Assembly (NCBI GenBank): GCA_040220235.1
Contig: JAVJTO010000047.1
DNA length: 64,000 nucleotides
Direction: 5' to 3' (one strand)
Source: Coleofasciculus sp. B1-GNL1-01
GTDB lineage: Bacteria; Cyanobacteriota; Cyanobacteriia; Cyanobacteriales; Coleofasciculaceae
Shown: piece after piece, positions 42,147 through 51,176 of the stretch
How positions within the stretch are numbered: the first letter of the stretch is position 1
Layout of the letters: every line of letters begins with the position of its first letter
Notes under the pieces: model-generated
What the model saw: only the letters and a program-made list of their open reading frames with translations
Database searches by the model: none
Told to the model about the DNA's origin: nothing
Made by a program: the position numbers and the translations under genes

Positions 42147-43430
42147 ATGCGAGTTTTCGTTCTAGACAAAAACCTACAGCCTCTTGACCCTTGCCATCCA
42201 GCACGGGCAAGAGAATTACTGAACAAAGGGAGGGCTAAAGTATTCAAGCGCTATCCATTTACTATCGCCCTACAAGACAGAACCGTTGAAGAATCGGTTA
42301 CGCACCCACATCGGGTCAAAATCGATCCTGGTAGTAAAGTAACCGGATTGGCAATCGTCCAAGAAGAAACGGGGCGAGTAACAAACGCCATTGAAGTTTC
42401 GCACCGAGGCCAACAAATTAAAGATTCCCTCTTAGCTCGCAGGTCATTAAGGAGGGGACGCCGTAACCGTAAAACCCGTTACCGCCAGCCTCGTTTCTTA
42501 AACAGAACCCGTAAAACCGGATGGCTACCACCATCCCTTGAGAGTCGAATTGCAAATATTGAAACTTGGGTGAGGCGAATCAGAAAACTGTGCCCAGTTA
42601 TCGCAATCTCTCAAGAGCTAGTCAGGTTCGATTTGCAGCATATCCCAAACCCTGAAATTAATGGGGTTGAGTACCAACGAGGTGAACTGTTTGGTTTTGA
42701 GGTCAAAGAGTATTTACTTGCCAAATGGAACAGAAAATGCGCTTACTGCGGGGTTGAAAACGTTCCGTTCGAGATTGAACACATTCTGGCAAAAAGTAAG
42801 GGTGGTTCAAACCGAGTCAGCAATCTTTGCCTTAGCTGTCATTCTTGTAACCAAGCCAAAAGAAACAAACCCGTTGAAGAATTCCTGAAAAAGAAGCCTG
42901 AAATCCTCAAGCGAGTATTAGCTCAAGCCAAAGCACCTCTTAAAGATGCTGCGGCTGTTAACGCTACTCGATGGGAACTGTATCGAAGGCTTCAGTCAAC
43001 TGGTTTGCCAGTAGAGGTAGGTTCTGGAGGTCGCACTAAGTTCAACCGTAAAACTAGAGGGATTGAAAAACAACACTGGACTGATGCAGCCTGTGTGGGA
43101 GCATCTACTCCTGAACGGTTATTAATTCGAGGAATCAAACCTCTAAAAATTGCCGCAAAAGGACACGGAACCAGACAGCGTTGTCGTCCTAACAAGTACG
43201 GATTCCCTAAAGCTCACGCTCCTAAAGCAAAGTATTTCCAGGGTTTTCAAACTGGCGACATTGTTAAAGCTGATGTTCAAAAAGGCAAGTTCGCAGGTCA
43301 ATATGTTGGTCGAATTGCTATTCGATTTAGACCGAGTTTTGTATTGCAGTTGCCAACACAAAAGTTTGATGTACATCCCAAATACTTGAGAACTATTCAT
43401 AAGGCAGACGGCTATGAATACCAATCCTGA
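42147..43430 (+). CDS. iscB: RNA-guided endonuclease IscB (PLMP-RuvC-BH-HNH)
   Basis: VFVLD..PLDPCHPARAR (PLMP variant), KIDPGSK (RuvC-I), RRSLRRGRR bridge helix, QELVRFD (RuvC-II), CAYC...EHILAKSKGGSNRVSNL..SCHSCN (HNH), HWTDAAC (RuvC-III). Confidence 0.95.
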   Translation: MRVFVLDKNLQPLDPCHPARARELLNKGRAKVFKRYPFTIALQDRTVEESVTHPHRVKIDPGSKVTGLAIVQEETGRVTNAIEVSHRGQQIKDSLLARRSLRRGRRNRKTRYRQPRFLNRTRKTGWLPPSLESRIANIETWVRRIRKLCPVIAISQELVRFDLQHIPNPEINGVEYQRGELFGFEVKEYLLAKWNRKCAYCGVENVPFEIEHILAKSKGGSNRVSNLCLSCHSCNQAKRNKPVEEFLKKKPEILKRVLAQAKAPLKDAAAVNATRWELYRRLQSTGLPVEVGSGGRTKFNRKTRGIEKQHWTDAACVGASTPERLLIRGIKPLKIAAKGHGTRQRCRPNKYGFPKAHAPKAKYFQGFQTGDIVKADVQKGKFAGQYVGRIAIRFRPSFVLQLPTQKFDVHPKYLRTIHKADGYEYQS

Positions 43431-43561
43431 AAACAATGATTCGCTATCGCTCAATTTCAATGTTGGCGGCAATTCCCCTCCCGCTAACCTTCGGTATAAC
43501 GGGAGTCCCCTTCCCGCATCTAAGATGGCACGTCTCTACATTGCTTCCCCATCTTCCCGAC

Positions 43562-44383
43562 TTAGCGCCCTGTGTAGGTGACAAAGATATCCTTGTTTAC
43601 GGTAACTTCTACAGGAGCAGTAGGATCGTACACTGATGAAGTAGTATTGCCAAAAGGTAAATTTCCCTCTGAGTCACATCCGGGTAAGAAAACCTCATAG
43701 AAGGGTTCAGCGACTGAGGGGACTAGCCTCAGTTGAGTTCCCATCGCCGCAGCTAGACTGTTGGCTCGGTTTTGAGCATCTTCAACGGCTGATTGATAAG
43801 CGGCTTGGACTAGGGCTTGACAGTTATTCACCGCATATTCTACGTTAACTGTACTGATCAGAATCTCTTCAATCGGGCTGGCTGCATCCGTTGCTGTATT
43901 GACAATTTCCTCTAAGCGATCGCGGTTAGGATTGTCCACAGTAACAACAAGCTGCGCTCCTCCTTCTGTGGCGGTGGAGGGAAAGGGAAAAGGCAAAAAA
44001 CTACCACTGGGTTCAAGAATTTCTAAGTCAATCGCTTGATCAGAAACGCCAATGGCTTGGAGTGCATCCAGAATGGGTTGCAACATCTCTAAGGTTACGT
44101 TCTCTTCTGAAGGTTCAAATTGAGACAAGACTCCCTCTGGCGGCGACGGATAGTTTCTGGCAAATTTAAACAGGAGACTAGCTCTATCAGCAGGTTGGCT
44201 GGCTCGACCTTTGCCAATCACCCGAAATGTCGGTTCTTCGCTGGGTGGCGGATAAAATAACTGACTGATTTGACGAGCATCGGGCGTTGAGTCGTTACTG
44301 ATAGTCTCAGTCTTACCTGGATTAGGAATAAAACTTGTCGTGATAACAGCGACAACCAAAGATGACATAACTCTTTTTTTCAT
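43562..44383 (-). CDS. SIMPL (DUF541) domain exported protein
   Basis: Signal peptide; VIGKGRASQPADRA and AYQSAVEDAQNRANSLAAAMG. Confidence 0.8.
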   Translation of the reverse strand: MKKRVMSSLVVAVITTSFIPNPGKTETISNDSTPDARQISQLFYPPPSEEPTFRVIGKGRASQPADRASLLFKFARNYPSPPEGVLSQFEPSEENVTLEMLQPILDALQAIGVSDQAIDLEILEPSGSFLPFPFPSTATEGGAQLVVTVDNPNRDRLEEIVNTATDAASPIEEILISTVNVEYAVNNCQALVQAAYQSAVEDAQNRANSLAAAMGTQLRLVPSVAEPFYEVFLPGCDSEGNLPFGNTTSSVYDPTAPVEVTVNKDIFVTYTGR

Positions 44384-44590
44384 CTGCCCGATTCTCCTGA
44401 CCCCTTTGGCAAAAATAGTGGTTCAATTATCCAACAGCAAAATTATCCTAGCCCAGTTCCGCCCAAAACTATACCCGCTAGAACAAATAGTCATAAAATT
44501 CACCACCCCATCAACGATTAGGGTGGTGAACAATATCACGAGCAGATGATGTCTTGTCTTATAGCTAGCCCGGTACAGTCTCAAATCCGA

Positions 44591-45208
44591 TTAACTGTCA
44601 TACATTCGAGATTCCAGGGCTTCGGGATACTCTTGGCAATATTCCTCAAACGCTGTTTGGGGGAGTTTTTCTGCCCGTTGGTGTGCCGCTTCTGCTTGCA
44701 GTTCTTCCACAATATCCCAGGCGGCGGCACATTCTTTAGAGGTGGGTCCTTTTTCAGCGCAGACAGCCCGTGCTTCTTCTACCGCTTTGCGGATTTCGTC
44801 TTCAAGAAGTACGCTCTTGGGTTTATCGAGAAAATCTCCTTTGGTGAGAATATCGGTAACAGAGATAATACCCAATAGTTTGTCCTTGATCACTGGAGCG
44901 CGGCGAATACCTGTATTGGCAAACAATCGCGCCACGTACTCGACACCGAGGTCAGGATTGACCACAATGCAGGGCTTATTCATAATTTCATAAACCCGGA
45001 CTTTTTTGGGATCTTTGCCATAGGCAATAATTTTATAAACAATATCCGTTTCCGTGACGATGCCATAAGCATCTTGGTCATGGCGGCGATCTACAATTAA
45101 AGCCCGTAGACCCATATCGTTCATCAAATCCACAGCATCAGCTACGGTGGCTGAACCGCGAATGGTGACCACATCAGTAGTCATGATGTCTTGAGCCTTC
45201 ATCATCAT
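44591..45208 (-). CDS. CBS-CP12 fusion protein
   Basis: CBS pair followed by CP12 (AVCAEKG..SKECAAAWDIVEELQAEAAH...EEYCQEYPEALESRMYD). Confidence 0.92.
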   Translation of the reverse strand: MMMKAQDIMTTDVVTIRGSATVADAVDLMNDMGLRALIVDRRHDQDAYGIVTETDIVYKIIAYGKDPKKVRVYEIMNKPCIVVNPDLGVEYVARLFANTGIRRAPVIKDKLLGIISVTDILTKGDFLDKPKSVLLEDEIRKAVEEARAVCAEKGPTSKECAAAWDIVEELQAEAAHQRAEKLPQTAFEEYCQEYPEALESRMYDS

Positions 45209-45503
45209 TTGAGTTTCTCCTGGACGTTGATCTGCCTTTATGATGTGACAGGTAAGTCAATCAGTCCTCAGACAATGCTTACGTTGGAAGCTGATTCTTC
45301 CAAGCCCCGAACTCTGAGAGATTAGGGTCATTGACCTGTAGGGACTTCTATCGTGGAGCATTTTGGATTAAGGTTGTCTCTTGTTGCTCTACCTGGAGAG
45401 TCCCACGGACTTTACCGCCATTTTAGCGTGATTTAGGTACTATTGCTTATCTAGAACCTATGCACCAATAGCGAAGGATGACTGGTTTCCCTGAATCTCC
45501 TGG

Positions 45504-45908
45504 TTTTGAAGGGAGGGTTAAAATCTTGGGGAGGAACGCGATCGCACTCTTGGGCTTTTCTATAATAGAGCGTTAGCGTAAGGCTTGCTATAGCTGGGTG
45601 AGGTGGATTGGAGAAAAGCTGAGACTATCCTCGATGAACTGGGTTCACCTTTTGAGGGAAAGGTTAAAATTTTGCGGAGGAAAGCGATCGCACTCTTGGG
45701 CTTTTCTATAATAGAGAGTTAGCGTAAGGCTTGCTGTCGCTGGGTGAGGTGGATTGGAGAAAGGCTGAGACTATCCTCGATTAACCGGGTTCACCTTTTG
45801 AGGGAAAAGTTAAAATTTTGCCGAGGAAAGTGATCGCACTCTTGGGTTTTTCTACAATAGAGAGTTAGTGTGAGGCTTGCTATAGCAGGGTGAGGTCAGC
45901 GATGGAGA
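45504..45908 (+). repeat. 146-bp tandem repeat (about 2.7 copies) upstream of TPR-CHAT gene
   Basis: (GC/GT)GATCGCACTCTTGGG at 45538, 45684 and 45830 (period 146). Confidence 0.92.
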
Positions 45909-48871
45909 CAGCACAAGAATGGTATGACCAAGGTGTTCAGGAATATGAGGCAGGGAATCACGAAGCGGCATTGGCTAGCTTTGACAGGGCGCTGGAGATT
46001 GAGGCGGACTATGGTGCGGCTTGGTTTCTAAAAGGATTTGTTTTATATGATTTAGGACGCTATCAAGAAACATTAGACTGTTATGATAAAACACTACAGT
46101 CTAACCCTTATTTCTACACTGCTTGGTATAACAAAGGGGAAGTTTTACAAAATTTACAAAAACACAAAGAAGCGTCAGAATGCTTTGATAAAGCACTACA
46201 TTTTATTGATAAAGTCATAAACTATAAACCTGATTACTACGATGCTTGGTATTGCAAAGGGAATGTTTTTGTAGATTTAAAAAAATACCAAGAAGCTGTA
46301 GTATGCTTTGATAAAACACTACAGTTTAAACCTAATTTCTACAAAGCTTGGCATAACAAAGGGAATGCCCTTGTACATTTACAAAGATATCAAGATGCCG
46401 TATACTATTTTGATAAAGCACTACAGTTTAAATCTGATTCCTACAAGTCTTGGAATAGTAAAGGCGAGGTTTTTTTGAATTTACAAAGATATAAAGAAGC
46501 CATCGAATGTCTTGATAAAGCACTACAGTTTAAACCTGATTCCTACGAGGCTTGGTCTAACAAAGGGAATGTTTTTTTGAATTTACAAAGATATAAAGAA
46601 GCCATCGAATGTCTTGATAAAGCACTACAGTTTAAATCTGATTCCTACGAGGCTTGGTCTAACAAAGGGTATGTTTTTGTAGATTTACAAAGATATAAAG
46701 AAGCTATCAACTGTTTTGATAAAGCACTACAGTTTAAATCTGATTCCTGCGAGGCTTGGCATGGTAAAGGGAATGTTTTTGTAGATTTACAAAGATATAA
46801 AGAAGCTATCGAATGTTTTGATAAAGCACTACAGTTTAAACCTGATTCCTACGAGGCTTGGTCTAACAAAGGGAATGTTTTTGTAGATTTACAAAGATAT
46901 AAAGAAGCCATCGAATGTTTTGATAAAGCACTACAGTTTAAACCTGATTCCTACGAGGCTTGGCATGGTAAAGGAAATGTTTTTGTAGATTTACAAAGAT
47001 ATCAAGAAGCCATTGATTCCTATGATCGCGCCTTACAGCTAAGTAATAATCAAGATTGGGGCGCTTGGGCAAATCGAGCTGTAGCTGTCTCTTACCTAGA
47101 CGGTTATGAAGCAAAAATACAAAACTATAATAACGGATTGCAAGCCCTCCAACCCGACAACCCCGAATATAACGAAGGGTGTGGCTATTTACATTGGCAG
47201 AAAGGCAAAGCACAATATCAACATGGCAAAGAACATACACAATATATGCCTGACTGGTTCGATGCCAGAAACAGCTATCAACAAGCCCTAGAATTCCTCA
47301 CCACACCGCATTTACGATTACAGCGTCTAGAAGTCTTACAAGACCTCATTCAAGTCTACCGTGGCTTAAATTCACCCCAAGACGTGCAGGTATTACTCGC
47401 AGAAGCCACCGACTTACTCGGACGCTTATTGCAAGAAATGTCCTTAGACGCTGATAAAATCAGACTCTCCCGAAAATTTGCCAGCTTGGTGCAATTGCGG
47501 GTTGATGAACTCGCCCACTCCCCCGAACCCACTCACCCGATAAAAGCCCTGGAATTAGCCGAAGAACGCAAAAATCTCTGCCTGCGCTGGCTGCGCTACG
47601 GTACTTATAAATCGACCGAAGACAGTCCCAGTTATGCACAAATGCAACACCTCTTAAATCCCCATACCGCGATTATTTACTGGCACATTAGTCCAGCGGC
47701 GATTACCACATTTATCCTGGGACACGAACAGCCACTTCATGTTCTCAAACCCAGGAATCCAGCCACTGACAATAACCATCCCCAATCCCTGCCCCCATCC
47801 TTTCAACAACTGCTCAAATTTGAAGACTGGATGACAACCTGGAAACAGGATTATCAAGCTTATCGCCAATTTGACCAACGGCGCAACCAAGCCAATTCCA
47901 GAGACAGGGGAAATCCTCAACGCTGTATTCCTTCAGACGAGGAGAAACGCTGGACAAAAACTATGCCCAAATCCTTAAAACGCCTCAAAGAACTGCTGGA
48001 TATTCCAGGAATTATGCAGTACCTCCAGCAGCATTGTCCCTCCATCACCCATTTAATTTTAGTTCCCCACCGAGACTTACACCTATTACCCATTCATGCC
48101 TTATTTCTCGATACCTTTACAATTACCTATTTCCCCAGTATCCAAGTCGGACTCGATAATCAACAGCGAAAAGCCACCCAGCGAACTCAATCCCCATCCT
48201 TATCCCTCCTCAGTGTAGAAAATCCTCTCGGTGATCTCAAATATGCTTCCCTCGAATCGGTAACAATTTGTCAACTTTACCCCCAACCTTACCGCTTACC
48301 CAAATCACGCGCCACGCTATCTGCTATTCAGCAAGCCTTCTCCCAACCTATCAATATTTTGCACTTCTCAGGTCATGCAGAACATAATCTAGAACACCCC
48401 CATCAATCCCACTTGAAATTAGCCAATGATGAAGAACTGACATTAAAGGATATCTTTGCAGCAGATTTAAGTCACTGTCATTTAGTCTGTCTCTCCGCTT
48501 GTGAAACTGGATTAACCAGTCAATCGGGATTAATTGATGAATTTGTCGGACTTGCCAGTGCTTTTCTGGCGGCGGGTGTGACTCATATTGTCGGGAGTCT
48601 TTGGAATGTGAATGATTTATCCACCACGTTTCTGATGCTGAAGTTCCATGAAACCTTACAGGAGAATCCAGATGATGTATCTCGCGCCCTGAATCAAGCG
48701 CAATCTTGGCTAAAAAATGCGACGAAGCGAGAACTGAAACCGATGATTAAGCGATTACCGTTGAAGAGTACTTCTAGAATTAAGTTGAATAAGTTCTTAA
48801 ATAAGATTGATGATAAAAGGAAGCCCTTTGCTTCTCCATTTTGCTGGGCAGCATTTTGTCCAATTGGCTAA
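45902..48871 (+). CDS. TPR-CHAT (caspase-like) protease
   Basis: About 11 TPR units; CHAT dyad ILHFSGH and CLSACETG; SLWNVND; PFCWAAF. Confidence 0.93.
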   Translation: METAQEWYDQGVQEYEAGNHEAALASFDRALEIEADYGAAWFLKGFVLYDLGRYQETLDCYDKTLQSNPYFYTAWYNKGEVLQNLQKHKEASECFDKALHFIDKVINYKPDYYDAWYCKGNVFVDLKKYQEAVVCFDKTLQFKPNFYKAWHNKGNALVHLQRYQDAVYYFDKALQFKSDSYKSWNSKGEVFLNLQRYKEAIECLDKALQFKPDSYEAWSNKGNVFLNLQRYKEAIECLDKALQFKSDSYEAWSNKGYVFVDLQRYKEAINCFDKALQFKSDSCEAWHGKGNVFVDLQRYKEAIECFDKALQFKPDSYEAWSNKGNVFVDLQRYKEAIECFDKALQFKPDSYEAWHGKGNVFVDLQRYQEAIDSYDRALQLSNNQDWGAWANRAVAVSYLDGYEAKIQNYNNGLQALQPDNPEYNEGCGYLHWQKGKAQYQHGKEHTQYMPDWFDARNSYQQALEFLTTPHLRLQRLEVLQDLIQVYRGLNSPQDVQVLLAEATDLLGRLLQEMSLDADKIRLSRKFASLVQLRVDELAHSPEPTHPIKALELAEERKNLCLRWLRYGTYKSTEDSPSYAQMQHLLNPHTAIIYWHISPAAITTFILGHEQPLHVLKPRNPATDNNHPQSLPPSFQQLLKFEDWMTTWKQDYQAYRQFDQRRNQANSRDRGNPQRCIPSDEEKRWTKTMPKSLKRLKELLDIPGIMQYLQQHCPSITHLILVPHRDLHLLPIHALFLDTFTITYFPSIQVGLDNQQRKATQRTQSPSLSLLSVENPLGDLKYASLESVTICQLYPQPYRLPKSRATLSAIQQAFSQPINILHFSGHAEHNLEHPHQSHLKLANDEELTLKDIFAADLSHCHLVCLSACETGLTSQSGLIDEFVGLASAFLAAGVTHIVGSLWNVNDLSTTFLMLKFHETLQENPDDVSRALNQAQSWLKNATKRELKPMIKRLPLKSTSRIKLNKFLNKIDDKRKPFASPFCWAAFCPIG
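46405..47020 (+). repeat. Six near-identical 102-bp coding repeats (TPR units)
   Basis: TTGATAAAGCACTACAGTTTAAA(C/T)CTGATTCCT recurs every 102 bp. Confidence 0.92.
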
Positions 48872-48951
48872 ATCATTCTCTTGAAATTGTATAAATTGTA
48901 TAAATTGTATAAATTGTAGGGTGCGTTAGCGAAGCGTAACGCACCATGATT

Positions 48952-49050
48952 GGGAGCATCCCAATTTGGCAGGTTGGCTCTTTGAATGGGGCTGAAACCC
49001 TTGCAATTGCGTTACTTGAGGTAATGCTTTGTCCAAAACGGGATGCTCCC
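48952..49050. mobile_element. 99-bp MITE with 8-bp target-site duplication
   Basis: TIRs GGGAGCATCCC / GGGATGCTCCC flanked by CCATGATT at 48944-48951 and 49051-49058. Confidence 0.85.
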
Positions 49051-49100
49051 CCATGATTCTATTGCCTATTCCCTATTCCCTGGCGCGTAGCGCTATAGCA

Positions 49101-50027
49101 TCACCGACTCATTCCATTTTCTTGTAGCCAGTTTGATAAGTCTTCTAAACTATTGAACCCTAAAACATCATTTCCTAGCTGTTCTACTTGTTCAAAAGAC
49201 AAGTTTTGAATTTGGTTAACAATTTCTGGAGCAATTAAGCCAAACTGTCGCTCCAGTAAACGGAGTGTCCATCGGATTCCTTCCTCTCGACGCCCTCGTT
49301 CTAATCCATCCTGCTCTGCCTTAATAATAAATCCCCGTTGGTCTTCGAGAAACATTTCTTGTTTACGCAATTTTTCCAATTCCTCTACACTTAAATTCGC
49401 TTGATTCGCGATATTCATCGCTTTATCTAGTGCCGGAAGTTGACTAAATGTGGGTGGAATAACTTCCAAGCTGGGAGCTTCTTTAATAAAGTAAATCCAT
49501 TTATCCGTTAAACTGTCTAATTCATCCAGTGTTTTCGTGAATTTGGGTAATTCCACAAAGATTAACTCGATTTCCGGATCAGGATAATCAAACAACTCCT
49601 GGGTTTCCTTTAAGCAAAAGCGTGTCAGGAACCGTTGCGTTTGGTCAAACATGAGAAAATCGGTAATCGTTAAGGCAATGGCGGGTTTAAGATAAGAGTA
49701 TCCTTCCCCATATTTGAGTTGATTCGCATAAGTTTTGGTCAGATTATAAATGACGCGCTTCTCAAAGGATGCCACGTTGAGTACCTGCATTTCAATTAAT
49801 ACGGTTGAGCCATTATCGAGTAAGGCTTTGACATCTAGATAGCTATCTTTGAGATTAACGACATCTCCGGGATTATAAGGATCAAGGATTTCTAAATCCT
49901 GAATCACAGAATTGGCATCATAGATTAAGGCATTTAAAAAGCTAATCAAGATATCTTTGCTGTCGTTTGACCCAAATATTTTCTTGAAGGCAAAGTCAGT
50001 TTTAGGGCTAATAAATCTCAGCGTCAT
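49101..50027 (-). CDS. Rpn-family (PD-(D/E)XK transposase-like) nuclease with DUF4351-like tail
   Basis: FISPKTDFAFKKIFG, LDVKA..IEMQV, FVELPKF, DKWIYF, LLERQFG...LSNWL. Confidence 0.88.
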   Translation of the reverse strand: MTLRFISPKTDFAFKKIFGSNDSKDILISFLNALIYDANSVIQDLEILDPYNPGDVVNLKDSYLDVKALLDNGSTVLIEMQVLNVASFEKRVIYNLTKTYANQLKYGEGYSYLKPAIALTITDFLMFDQTQRFLTRFCLKETQELFDYPDPEIELIFVELPKFTKTLDELDSLTDKWIYFIKEAPSLEVIPPTFSQLPALDKAMNIANQANLSVEELEKLRKQEMFLEDQRGFIIKAEQDGLERGRREEGIRWTLRLLERQFGLIAPEIVNQIQNLSFEQVEQLGNDVLGFNSLEDLSNWLQENGMSR

Positions 50028-50091
50028 AATTATTCAACCATTTAATCTAGGTAAAAATGATTATATCGTTTCCGTTGTACCCAAATGTAAC

Positions 50092-50219
50092 TAAGCTGTC
50101 ACGCATTTAAGTTGGGAATGGGTAGCGAGCAAGATGCAAAGCCTGCGGCATGGCTTCGCTAAACGCACTACAAGGATTTCGTCATTATTGATATTAAGGT
50201 TTAAATGCCAAACAGCTTA
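50092..50219. mobile_element. MITE (TAAGCTGT...ACAGCTTA), copy 1
   Basis: Terminal inverted repeats; inverted homologous copy at 53740-53891, partial copy at 40058-40138. Confidence 0.75.
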
Positions 50220-50327
50220 AGTTGTCGGACATAAATAAACGGTACTGCATCAAGACGCGAAAAATTATTGTCACCTTTACTTCCAGGGAATTTGAGCGTT
50301 TATGGCGCTAAAGCGCAACTACGAACT

Positions 50328-51176
50328 TCAAACTACAAAGTTTTCCCTTAACTGAACATTCCCTAATTTCAATTCAACGGTAAACCCTTTTTCTAATGAA
50401 ATTGTGAAGCCTACCTGACTGTAATAATCCCCCGACTGTGCTGTCGTTTTTCGCCAAATTTGCCCCAATTCATCCAATACAATTAACTCTAACCCTTCCG
50501 GTAATGTATCCTCTAACTCTGTCGAATACACCTGCAACACAACATCAATCTGTTGCTCTGAATTCCGCTTCACTCCCACCAATAATTCTACCGCTTGTCC
50601 TGCTAATTCTATGGTTTTATGTTGGGCAAATGCGGCTTGCGGATGGCTGGGTTCTAGTTCTCCTAAACTTAAAGCAATTTGCCAATAGGTTTCCTCATGG
50701 TGACAAGTTTGCAATCCTTTAACTAATGCCTGAATAATTGCTGGATGAGGATTTCCGCTTTCCCCTAATTCCAACGCGGCTTGAAAACTTACCTGTTTAT
50801 CGGGATTATCTAGTAATTCCATATAGCGGTGAATCACCCCGGATCTCGACCCGCCCCGCACCCCTTCTAATTCCTGACGCCAACTGGATGTATCATTCAT
50901 TTCTTGGGCGAAAAATGTACCAATCAGTGTTGCTTCTGCTTCCCATTTATCCAGTACATTTTGCTGAAACCATTGTCGTAACTGCACCCCGATTGATACA
51001 GGGGCGGTGGGTTGATACTTAGAGACGGCATAAACATCCTGCACCGGAACACCCAGCAATTTTTCTAACTCTCCTGATAAAAATAAGGTCATAATCTGGT
51101 CAAAGTTGGCATAGGTTCCCTCAAGGATAAGTTCCGTCTTGGATTCGTTAGGATTAGGATTATTGTTAGGAGTCAT
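50328..51176 (-). CDS. DUF1822 family protein with HEAT-like repeat
   Basis: VQLRQWFQQ..W, HEAT-like AALELGE/IALSLGE, C-terminal LPEGLELIVLDE.G...FTVELKLG...ENFVV. Confidence 0.75.
   Translation of the reverse strand: MTPNNNPNPNESKTELILEGTYANFDQIMTLFLSGELEKLLGVPVQDVYAVSKYQPTAPVSIGVQLRQWFQQNVLDKWEAEATLIGTFFAQEMNDTSSWRQELEGVRGGSRSGVIHRYMELLDNPDKQVSFQAALELGESGNPHPAIIQALVKGLQTCHHEETYWQIALSLGELEPSHPQAAFAQHKTIELAGQAVELLVGVKRNSEQQIDVVLQVYSTELEDTLPEGLELIVLDELGQIWRKTTAQSGDYYSQVGFTISLEKGFTVELKLGNVQLRENFVV

Larger units (their letters stand above)
41901..43524 (+). mobile_element. Non-autonomous IS200/IS605-superfamily IscB element
   Basis: Related subterminal hairpins at both ends (CTCACCGCTAA...TAGCGGGAG and CTCCCGCTAA...TAACGGGAG) enclosing ncRNA + iscB; no tnpA. 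Confidence 0.8.

Noticed and set aside
42147..43430. Cas9 or TnpB assignment
   Set aside because: Too small for Cas9, no REC lobe or array; the PLMP-like N-terminus and inserted HNH identify IscB rather than TnpB
45504..45908. 146-bp repeats as a CRISPR array for a Craspase-like system
   Set aside because: Whole units are repeated with no unique spacers, and there is no Cas7-11 or other cas gene in the window
46405..47020. TPR repeat variation as diversity-generating retroelement TR/VR
   Set aside because: Differences are not adenine-specific, all copies are in-frame and tandem, and no reverse transcriptase is present
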